Assembly (NCBI GenBank): GCA_027493625.1
Contig: JAOSKM010000001.1
Location: 2,068,657 to 2,132,656 of the forward strand
DNA length: 64,000 nt
Reading direction: 5' to 3'
Source of the DNA: Planctomycetota bacterium
Lineage (GTDB): Bacteria; Planctomycetota; UBA8742; UBA2392
Made by a program: the position numbers and the translations under genes. The notes beneath the pieces were generated by a model that was not told the DNA's origin, did no database searches, and saw only the letters and a program-made list of their open reading frames with translations. The stretch's first letter is position 1, and each line of letters begins with the position of its first letter. Positions 56,915 through 64,000 of this stretch are shown piece after piece.

Positions 56915-57150
56915 CTGCTGATTGTGGTTGGGGCTTGGGGCTTGGGGCTTGGGGCTTGGGGAAGCGGCGGTGTTTTCCGGCCGCCCGCCTCCCGCCTCCT
57001 GCCTCTTCCCTGTCCTCGGCCGCGCGCTCGCGCTTGCGGCTCCTGTTCCCTGCCTCCTTTTCCCTGCCTTCGGCCGCGCGCTTGCGCTTGCGGCTCCTGT
57101 TCCTGCCCTCCTGCCTCGTGCCTCCTGCCTGCTGCCTCCTGTGATTCCTT
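56915..57150. repeat. Composite intergenic element: (TTGGGGC)x5 array + CCTCC/CTGCC repeats + two copies of the 31-mer
   Basis: Five GGGG tracts spaced by CTT at 56928-56961. 31-mer copies at 57019-57049 (one substitution) and 57073-57103 (the exact reverse complement of 10851-10881). Confidence 0.85.
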
Positions 57151-57219
57151 CCTCATCAAGCAAGGCGTTGCATCCGACGTTGCCCGCGCTAATGTAACCG
57201 CGCAATACACGGAGACGGC

Positions 57220-58344
57220 ATGTTTCTGGCGGAAGTATCCGAGACGGGTCGCACGGCCCTGGAGTACCTGTTCAGCGCGATCAAGGTGATCACGGTGTTC
57301 GCGGTCATCATGACCGTGGTGCCGGGCATGATCTGGCTCGAGCGCAAGATGGCCGCCTGGATCCAGCTGCGTGACGGCCCCACCAAGGTCGGCCTGCCCA
57401 ACTGGAAGATCCTGGGCCCGCTGGCGGGCTGGGGTATGTTCGGCCTGCTGCAGCCCCTGGCCGACATGTTCAAGCTGATCCTGAAGGAAGACTTCATGCC
57501 GCGGCGCGTCAGCAAGGCGCTGTTCTTTCTGGCGCCGGCCATGGTGTTCGTGCCGATTGCGCTGGCCTTTGCGGTGATCCCCTTCGGCCACGGCTTCACG
57601 TACACCTTCGAGGACGGCACCTCCTTCTTTGTTAACTACCAGATCGCCGACTTCGGCGTGGGCATCCTGTTCGCGCTGGCGTTCCTGAGCATGGCGGTGC
57701 ACGGTCTTTCGCTGGGCGGCTGGGCGAGCAACAACAAGTACAGTCTGTTCGGCGCCGTGCGCGCGGGCGCGCAGCTGATCAGCTACGAAGCCGCGATGTT
57801 CATGGTGATCCTGGCCATGGTGATGACCTACGGGACGCTGGACCTGGGCGAGATCGCCCTGAACCAGGCGGAGCACGGCTGGGGCATCATCCGCAACCTG
57901 CCGCTGGGCTTCGCGGGTTTCGTGATTTTCTGCGTGTGCGCCTACGCGGAGAGCAACCGCCTGCCGTTCGACTTCCCGGAAGCCGAGGCCGAGCTGATCG
58001 GCGGCTACCACACCGAGTTCGGCAGCATGAAGTTCGCGATGTTCTTCCTGGGCGAATACTACGGCATGGTGATCCAGAGCTGCCTGGTGGTGACGCTGTT
58101 CCTGGGCGGCTGGACTTTGCCCGGCATCGACCCGCGCGCCGACACCTTCCTGGCCAGCCTGGCCGGCCCGCTGATCTACTGCCTGAAGGTCGGCATCTTC
58201 CTGTGGCTGTACATCCAGGTGCGCTGGACGCTGCCGCGCTTCCGCTTTGACCAGCTGATGAACCTGGGCTGGAAGAAACTGATCCCGCTCAGCCTCGGCC
58301 TGGTGGTGCTGACCGCCATCGTGCTGAACCTGACCCACTCATAG
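57220..58344 (+). CDS. nuoH: NADH-quinone oxidoreductase subunit H
   Basis: LERKMAAWIQLRDGPTKVG, NNKYSLFGAVRAGAQLISYE, ESNRLPFDFPEAEAELIGGYHTEFGSMKFAMFFLGEY. Confidence 0.9.
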   Translation: MFLAEVSETGRTALEYLFSAIKVITVFAVIMTVVPGMIWLERKMAAWIQLRDGPTKVGLPNWKILGPLAGWGMFGLLQPLADMFKLILKEDFMPRRVSKALFFLAPAMVFVPIALAFAVIPFGHGFTYTFEDGTSFFVNYQIADFGVGILFALAFLSMAVHGLSLGGWASNNKYSLFGAVRAGAQLISYEAAMFMVILAMVMTYGTLDLGEIALNQAEHGWGIIRNLPLGFAGFVIFCVCAYAESNRLPFDFPEAEAELIGGYHTEFGSMKFAMFFLGEYYGMVIQSCLVVTLFLGGWTLPGIDPRADTFLASLAGPLIYCLKVGIFLWLYIQVRWTLPRFRFDQLMNLGWKKLIPLSLGLVVLTAIVLNLTHS

Positions 58345-58364
58345 GACTGACCGGCATTCCGACC

Positions 58365-58393
58365 GATGGCGCAGGCACGATGCCTGCGCCATC
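58365..58393. terminator. Bidirectional terminator hairpin between convergent nuoH and mgtE
   Basis: Perfect 13-bp stem gatggcgcaggca / tgcctgcgccatc with loop cga, followed by cagtttt. Confidence 0.6.
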
Positions 58394-58398
58394 CAGTT

Positions 58399-59772
58399 TT
58401 ACAGCACAATCGCCTGCGCGATGTTGAAGTACACCAGCACGGTCAGGATGTCCGCGGCCGTGGTGATGAACGGGCCGGCGGTCACGGCCGGGTCAACGCC
58501 GATCCTGCGTGTGATCAGGGGTATGGCGGCGCCCAGGGTGTTCGAGGTCATCACGGCCAGGAACATGGAGGCGCCCACGATCACGGCGACTTCCCACACC
58601 TCGTGTCCACCCAGCACCTGGGGCTCGGCGCCGCGGGTCAGGACCAGGCCGGTGCCGATGGCGGCGAGTGTCAGGGCCAGCGCCACGCCGATCAGCACCT
58701 CGCCCAGGAAGATGCGCAGCAGGGCGGGGCGGCTGGCCTCGTCGGTCGAGATCGCGCGGATCAGGATGCCCGCGCTCTGGGTGCCCACGTTGCCGCCGGA
58801 GGCCGTGAGCAGCGAGATGTAGGCGGCCAGCAGGCTGAGCTGCGCGATGATCGGGTTGTAGGCCTGCTGCACCAGCACGCTGCCGGTGCCCACCACGGCC
58901 AGCGCCACCAGCCAGATCACGCGGCTGCGGAACCGCTTGAACACGCCGGCCGTGAAGTAGTCGTCCTGGGCTGTGGCGACACCGTGCATCTTGAGGATGT
59001 CCTCGGTGGCTTCTTCCTCGGCGACGTCGGAGAGGTCGTCGAAGGTGACGATGCCGACCAGGCGCTCCTGCGAATCGACCACGGGCACGGCCAGCAGGTC
59101 GTAGTCGCGCATCCGGGCCAGCACGTCTTCGCGGTCGTCGCTGGTCTTCACCGCGACGACGTTGGCGGTCATGAACTCGTCGACCCGCTGCTCGGGGCGG
59201 GCGATCACCACGTCGCGCAGGCTGACGGTGCCGCTCAGGCGCTGGGCGCTGTCAATCACGTAGATGACGTAGACGGTCTCCACCTCGTCGGCCAGGCGGC
59301 GGACTTTCTCGAGCACGTCGTTGGCAGTGGCCGAGGCGCTGATGTGCAGGAACTGCGGCGTCATCAGGCGGCCGGCGCTCTCGGGCGGGTAGCCCAGCAG
59401 TTCCAGCGCGCGCTTGCGCTCGTCGGGGTCGAGCGACTCCAGCAGCCGGCGGGTGACCGGTCCCGGCAGCTCAACCAGCAGCTCGGTGCGCACGTCGTCA
59501 GACAGCTCGGTCAGGATGCGCGACAGCACGTCGGGCTTGAACTCGTGAAGCAGGCGAGTCTGCGCGTCCGGGGACAGGTACTCGAATACGTCCGGCTGGA
59601 AGTCGCGGCCCAGGGCGAGGAACGCCACCAGCAGGCGCTCTTCGGGCACCGACTCGATGATCTCGGCCATGTCCGCCGGGTGAAGTTCCTCGGAAAGCGT
59701 GCGGAAACCGGAGTATTCCCCGGTGCGGAGCATTTCCTCGATTTCCGGCTTGATCAGACGCGCCAGCGCCAT
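58399..59772 (-). CDS. mgtE: Magnesium transporter MgtE
   Basis: The 457-aa product begins at M at 59772 (the ORF extends spuriously to 60312). N-domain LHPADMAEIIE, a CBS pair, and TM domain ASGGNVGTQSA...GVDPAVTAGPFITTAADI. Confidence 0.9.
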   Translation of the reverse strand: MALARLIKPEIEEMLRTGEYSGFRTLSEELHPADMAEIIESVPEERLLVAFLALGRDFQPDVFEYLSPDAQTRLLHEFKPDVLSRILTELSDDVRTELLVELPGPVTRRLLESLDPDERKRALELLGYPPESAGRLMTPQFLHISASATANDVLEKVRRLADEVETVYVIYVIDSAQRLSGTVSLRDVVIARPEQRVDEFMTANVVAVKTSDDREDVLARMRDYDLLAVPVVDSQERLVGIVTFDDLSDVAEEEATEDILKMHGVATAQDDYFTAGVFKRFRSRVIWLVALAVVGTGSVLVQQAYNPIIAQLSLLAAYISLLTASGGNVGTQSAGILIRAISTDEASRPALLRIFLGEVLIGVALALTLAAIGTGLVLTRGAEPQVLGGHEVWEVAVIVGASMFLAVMTSNTLGAAIPLITRRIGVDPAVTAGPFITTAADILTVLVYFNIAQAIVL

Positions 59773-59844
59773 GCTTCTCCCCGCGATTGAGGACGCCGTG
59801 ATTTGGCATTCCCGGAGGCGCGTGCACAAGCCACAATCAGCTTC

Positions 59845-60609
59845 ATGGTCTGGCGATTCGCGATTTACCTTACCTTTGCAACGCTGGTCACGATTACCGG
59901 GCTGGTGATGTTCGGCGCCGACGCGCAGCAGCCGCTGCTGCCGAAACCCGACGCGCCGATCGCCCTGGCGGCCGGCGAAAGCGTCAGCCTGGCCTGGAGC
60001 CTGCCGCCGAAGCCAAAGCCCGACACGGTGGTGATCTACCGCGGCACCGGCGACGGCGCGCAGTTCATTGAGGTCGGGCGCGTGCCGGCGAGCGCCCTGC
60101 GTTTCACCGACAGCGAGGTCAGCCTCGGGCGCAGCTACCAGTATCGCGTGCAGACGCTCAAGGGCGCCGAGAAAAGTGAGCTGTCGGAGCCCGCGGAGGT
60201 GCTGGTCGGGGGCAGCGCGAAGATCACCTTCATGGGCGGCTCCACGGACCGCGCGCTGTTCGAGGTCGTGATGTTCCGCCGTGGCAGCCGCGTCACCGCC
60301 CAGTTCGTGCACAAGCCGGGCGATGCCATCGGCGACCTGGCCTGGGTGGCGGAACTCGAAGGAGTGGAGGATTTCCGCCTGGGGCCCAAGCTGCAGGCAC
60401 TGGCCATCAGCGTGGCCGAGTCGCGCGAAAACGTCAGCCAGCCGCTGCTCGGGCCCGACGGCCAGCCGCTAACCGACATTGCCGGCCGCACGGTAAAGGT
60501 CGAGTTCAGGCTGCCCGGCGCCACCCACGAAATCATGATCGCCACGCTGCTGGACGCGCAGGGCAAGCCTTTCCAGCTGAAGGAAGGCGAAAGCTACACG
60601 GCCGGGTAG
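59845..60609 (+). CDS. Membrane-anchored protein with fibronectin-type-III-like domain
   Basis: N-terminal TM MVWRFAIYLTFATLVTITGLVMF. FN3-like SVSLAWSLPPKPKPDTVVIYRGTGDGAQFIEVGRVPASALRFTDSEVSLGRSYQYRVQT. Confidence 0.55.
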   Translation: MVWRFAIYLTFATLVTITGLVMFGADAQQPLLPKPDAPIALAAGESVSLAWSLPPKPKPDTVVIYRGTGDGAQFIEVGRVPASALRFTDSEVSLGRSYQYRVQTLKGAEKSELSEPAEVLVGGSAKITFMGGSTDRALFEVVMFRRGSRVTAQFVHKPGDAIGDLAWVAELEGVEDFRLGPKLQALAISVAESRENVSQPLLGPDGQPLTDIAGRTVKVEFRLPGATHEIMIATLLDAQGKPFQLKEGESYTAG

Positions 60610-60657
60610 TACAGCTTCGGGCAGTTTCTACGCCAACTGCACCCTGTGCTGCAATGC

Positions 60658-61030
60658 AACCGCGAAGCACCGCAAAGGGCCGCAAAGTTACGGGTCTTGG
60701 CGGTCCTCAGCGGCTTCTCACGGTCACAACTCGTTTCCAACTGCAAACAGGCCACGAAAACACGAAAGCACGAAACAACGGCACACGAAAACTGCAGGCA
60801 GTTTTTTGTGGCAGTACCTTTTATGTTTTCGTGCTTTTGTGGCCCATTCACGCAAAGGCGCAAAGAACTGCGGGGCGAGGCAAGGATACTCCGTGTTCTC
60901 TTGATTTCGCCAACCGACTTCGCCAAGGCTTCGTCGGCCAGGCGGCTTCGTCGGTCAAGCGGCTTCAGCGCGCAGGTTGCGCGAAGCGGCAGTTGCAGTG
61001 CTTCGCGGTCCTTTGCGGCTCTTGGCGGTT
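60658..61030. repeat. MITE-like nested inverted-repeat element, family A copy 2
   Basis: Terminal inverted repeats aaccgcgaag-caccgcaaag-ggccgcaaag (60658-60687) versus cttcgcggtc-ctttgcggct-cttggcggtt (61001-61030). Core hairpin at 60750-60844, homologous to 12781-12874. Confidence 0.8.
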
Positions 61031-61084
61031 ACCGCATAGTTCGACACCGTCAACTGTTGCAAGACTTGGTTGACGGCGTACGAG

Positions 61085-62176
61085 TCAGTTGAACGGCCAG
61101 GGCCGCTGGCCGGAAATCAGCGTGATTTCGAACTCGCGCCCGGCGCGGTTGATCGTGAGCCGCACCTGCCGGCCGGGCAGCACGGTGTCTTCGAGCATCA
61201 GCACCTCATGGATGCCATACAGCTCGACGTCGTCCACCATGATGATCACGTCGCCGGGCTGTACGCCGGCCATCTGCGCGGGGCCGTTGGGCGTAACCGG
61301 GCCGAACACCGCGCGCAGCCGCCCGAAGCCCTGCGGGAAGATCTCCGTGGCCTGCTTGTAATCCTGGGCGCCGAACCAGCCGTGGTTGATGGGCCGGCCC
61401 TGCAGCAGGGCATCCGCCTTGGCCTTCAGCAGGTGCGTCGGAATAGCGAACGCAACGCCGCTGTCGCCCGGGGTTTCGCGTGTGGTGGTAATCAGCGCGT
61501 TGAGACCCAGCAGCTCGCCCCTGGTATTGAACACGCCGCCGCCGCTGTTGCCGGGGTTGGTGGGCGCGTCGTGCTGCAGGCTGTCGAGGTAGAGACGGCC
61601 GGTTTCGTCGTTCAGGTAGGTGCGGTTGGTGGCGCTGACCACGCCGTGGCCGACGCTGGGCTCGCCGCCGTAGCGCGAAGTCCCGAAGGGGTTGCCCAGG
61701 CTCCAGATGAATTCGCCGGGGCGCGGTTGCGCGGTGGCCAGCTTCGCGGGCTGCATGCGCTCGGGCAGGATGGCCTCGGCCTTCAGCAGGGCGAAGTCGG
61801 CGATGGGATCAACACCGACAACCTGGGCGCGCACGGTGTAGCCGCCGCCGATCAGCAGCAGGATGCGGTCGGCATCCTCGATCACGTGGTGTGCGGTCAG
61901 GATGTGCCCCTGCTCGTCGTAGATCACGCCCGCGCCGAAGGCATCGCCGGTGCCGCCGTGCTCGACCACGATGGCGACCACCGAACGCAGCGCCTGCTCA
62001 AGCGCGTCCGTCGCGGGCACGGGCTGCTCACCGGGTACGGGCTCAATCGGCCGCGATGTGGCACAGGCGGAAAGCAACAGGCAACCCAGGATCAGCAAAT
62101 TTTGGATTTTGGATTTTGGATTTCGGATTGAACGGCCGGGCGACCGCCGGTGGTGCGTGGGAGTTCCAGCGCTCAT
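61085..62176 (-). CDS. HtrA/DegP-family (S1C) serine protease lipoprotein with PDZ domain
   Basis: His LTAHHVIED, Asp DFALLK, Ser TNPGNSGGGVF, and PDZ GPAQMAGVQPGDVIIMVDD. Lipobox LLILGCLLLSAC. The start at 62176 overlaps the hemW stop (ATGA); an alternative TTG start lies at 62098. Confidence 0.85.
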   Translation of the reverse strand: MSAGTPTHHRRSPGRSIRNPKSKIQNLLILGCLLLSACATSRPIEPVPGEQPVPATDALEQALRSVVAIVVEHGGTGDAFGAGVIYDEQGHILTAHHVIEDADRILLLIGGGYTVRAQVVGVDPIADFALLKAEAILPERMQPAKLATAQPRPGEFIWSLGNPFGTSRYGGEPSVGHGVVSATNRTYLNDETGRLYLDSLQHDAPTNPGNSGGGVFNTRGELLGLNALITTTRETPGDSGVAFAIPTHLLKAKADALLQGRPINHGWFGAQDYKQATEIFPQGFGRLRAVFGPVTPNGPAQMAGVQPGDVIIMVDDVELYGIHEVLMLEDTVLPGRQVRLTINRAGREFEITLISGQRPWPFN

Positions 62177-63426
62177 ACGGCCGCCTCCAGGCTGCTTGCC
62201 AGCTCTACGATCAGGCTGTCCAGCAGCAGCAGGCCCTTGGGCGTGGCGCGCACGTGGGTGGGCGTGAGTTCGAGCAGGCCGAGATCCTGCAGGCGTCGGG
62301 CCGTCTCGCCGCACAGTTGATTGAAACCTGCGCCGGCGAAGCGCTCGAAGCGCGCGAGTTCAACGCCGCGGGTCAGGCGCAAGCCCATCAGCAGCAGGGT
62401 TTCCGCGCGGGCCAAGGGGCCTAGCTGTTCGCGTCGGGCGACCGGCAGCTTGCCTTCCTCCAGCAGCGCGGCCGTGTAGTACTTGAAGTCGGCGGCGTTG
62501 GCCGTGATCTCGCCGTCCAGCATGGCGTGGGCGCCCGCGCCGACGCCGTGCCAGTCGCCAAGCGTCCAGTAGACCAGGTTGTGGCGGCACTCGGCGCCGG
62601 GCCTGGCGAAGTTGCTGACCTCGTAGCGCAGCAGGCCGGCCCGCGCGCAGGTGTCGCCCACCAGCTCGAACATCTCGCTCTCGAGTTCTTCGGGGCAGGG
62701 CTCGACTTCGCCGTTCTGCAGTTGACGCGTCAAGGGTGTGTCGTCCTCGTAGGTCAGGGCGTAGAGGCTCAGGTGCTCGGTGCCGTGTTCCAGCGCGCGC
62801 TGCAGGTCGTGGCGCAGGTCGTCCAGGGTCTGGCCCGGCAGGGCGAACATCAAGTCCATGCTGACGCGCACAATGCCGGCCGCACGGGCCATCACTACGG
62901 CTGCGGTGGCGGTGCCGGCCTCGTAGGCGCGGCCCAGGGCCCTGAGAAAGCGGGGCTGAAACGACTGCACGCCGAAGCTGGCGCGGTTGACGCCCATGGC
63001 GGCCAGCGCGTCGGCCTTTTCCGGCGTGAGCGTGCCGGGGTTGATCTCGCAGGTGAACTCGGCCGCGCTGACATCCACGCGGGAGCGCAGCACCTCGCCC
63101 AGGCGAAACAGCTGCCGCGCCTCCAGCCGCGTGGGCGTGCCGCCGCCCATGAACACAGTGGCCGGCTTCAAACCTTGCGGGAAGCGCAGCTCAAGCTCGC
63201 GCTGCAGGGCGTCGATGTAGCGGTCAATGTCGGCGGCCGTGGCCACGCCGCTGTAGAAGTCGCAGTACTCGCACTTGCGCACGCAGAACGGGACATGGAT
63301 GTACAGCGAGGCGTTCACGCCGCCAGCATAGATTGCCCCGCAGCGGCCGTCGCGGGGAGGTCGCGCCCGGCCTTGCCGCTGGCGGAACTCACCCGTACAT
63401 TCGGGCCATGAGCGAGAAGCAGTCAT
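62173..63426 (-). CDS. hemW: Radical SAM heme chaperone HemW (HemN-like, oxygen-independent coproporphyrinogen oxidase family)
   Basis: LYIHVPFCVRKCEYCDFYS (CxxxCxxC) and GGGTPT. The start is uncertain: the ATG at 63426 overlaps lspA, and a GTG at 63318 gives the usual short N-terminus. Confidence 0.85.
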   Translation of the reverse strand: MTASRSWPECTGEFRQRQGRARPPRDGRCGAIYAGGVNASLYIHVPFCVRKCEYCDFYSGVATAADIDRYIDALQRELELRFPQGLKPATVFMGGGTPTRLEARQLFRLGEVLRSRVDVSAAEFTCEINPGTLTPEKADALAAMGVNRASFGVQSFQPRFLRALGRAYEAGTATAAVVMARAAGIVRVSMDLMFALPGQTLDDLRHDLQRALEHGTEHLSLYALTYEDDTPLTRQLQNGEVEPCPEELESEMFELVGDTCARAGLLRYEVSNFARPGAECRHNLVYWTLGDWHGVGAGAHAMLDGEITANAADFKYYTAALLEEGKLPVARREQLGPLARAETLLLMGLRLTRGVELARFERFAGAGFNQLCGETARRLQDLGLLELTPTHVRATPKGLLLLDSLIVELASSLEAAV

Positions 63427-64000
63427 TTCTGCAGGGCATGTTCACCCGCAAGGGCCTGTTCTGGATCGTGCTGCTGGTCTCGCTGGTGGCGGACATAGCC
63501 ACCAAGGCCTGGGCCGACGCGTACGTGCGCCCCACCGAGCCCAACGTCACCCCCATCATCGACGGCTTCATCGGCTGGAAATGGGCCGAAAACCAGGGCG
63601 CCGCATTCAGCATCATGCACGGCCGTCCGCTGCTGCTGGCGCTGATCGCGGGCGGCGTGCTGCTGGCGGTGTTCGGTTACGTGTACAAGGCCGAGCCAAA
63701 GCGCCGCTGGTTCCTGACCGCGCTGGCGCTGGTGGCCGCGGGGGCGATCGGCAACCTGTACGACCGCATCTTGCTGGGGCACGTGCGCGACTTCATGTTC
63801 TTCATCTTCGACCTGCCCTTCCACGGGTCCAGCATCCCGGTGCTGGACTGGACCATCCCGCTCAAGTACCCGGTGTTCAACGTGGCCGACATCGAGATCA
63901 TCGCCGGGGTGCTGATCCTGGTGGCGATGTCCTTCAAGCCCGAAAAGAAGAAGCCCGCGCCCGAAAGCGCCACGGACAAGAAGCCCGAGCCCGAGCCCGC
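63408..64000 (+). CDS. lspA: Lipoprotein signal peptidase (signal peptidase II), 3'-partial
   Basis: My translation from the ATG at 63408: MSEKQSFLQGMFTRKGLFWIVLLVSLVADIATKAW...WAENQGAAFS...GAIGNLYDRILLGHVRDF...FNVADI. The reading frame is open to the window end. Confidence 0.85.
   Translation, partial: MSEKQSFLQGMFTRKGLFWIVLLVSLVADIATKAWADAYVRPTEPNVTPIIDGFIGWKWAENQGAAFSIMHGRPLLLALIAGGVLLAVFGYVYKAEPKRRWFLTALALVAAGAIGNLYDRILLGHVRDFMFFIFDLPFHGSSIPVLDWTIPLKYPVFNVADIEIIAGVLILVAMSFKPEKKKPAPESATDKKPEPEP

Overview
GC-rich bacterial chromosomal segment, roughly 65-70% GC judged by eye from sampled lines. I call about 45 protein-coding genes and find no rRNA, tRNA or CRISPR array. Lineage is not determinable; the many RNI-type LRR, VWA/HEAT, TPR and anti-sigma-like proteins are compatible with a PVC-type organism, at low confidence.

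The backbone is housekeeping: S41 peptidase, glnE, dut, cysteine synthase plus a JAMM peptidase, bpt, rsmJ, rluB, an M50 protease, queG, nuoH, mgtE, an HtrA-like protease, hemW and lspA.

Main observations:
1. A 3.8-kb single-gene AT-richer island (41916..45740, minus strand) encodes a ~1274-aa reverse transcriptase / helical-repeat / nitrilase fusion, which is the DRT type 1 (UG1-like) defence RT architecture.
2. A TlpA-like redoxin gene (9786..10823, minus strand) has an in-frame TGA exactly at the first Cys of the WCPPC motif, followed by a hairpin. This makes it a candidate UxxC selenoprotein.
3. An IS110-family insertion sequence lies at about 34.4-35.7 kb.
4. Several families of nested inverted-repeat or MITE-like elements occupy intergenic regions. 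A perfectly conserved 31-mer plus G-quadruplex-type heptamer arrays sit upstream of two genes, and ~110-150-bp inverted repeats bracket the cysteine synthase gene.
5. Three otherwise intact genes (a VWA/HEAT protein, a Ser/Thr kinase and an ECF sigma fusion) each carry an apparent 1-nt frameshift. These could be assembly indels or pseudogenes.
6. Further AT-richer patches occur at the left edge (an LRR protein plus a tail-fibre-like protein) and at the S8 peptidase gene.

All functional calls rest on motif recognition by eye. No database searches were run.
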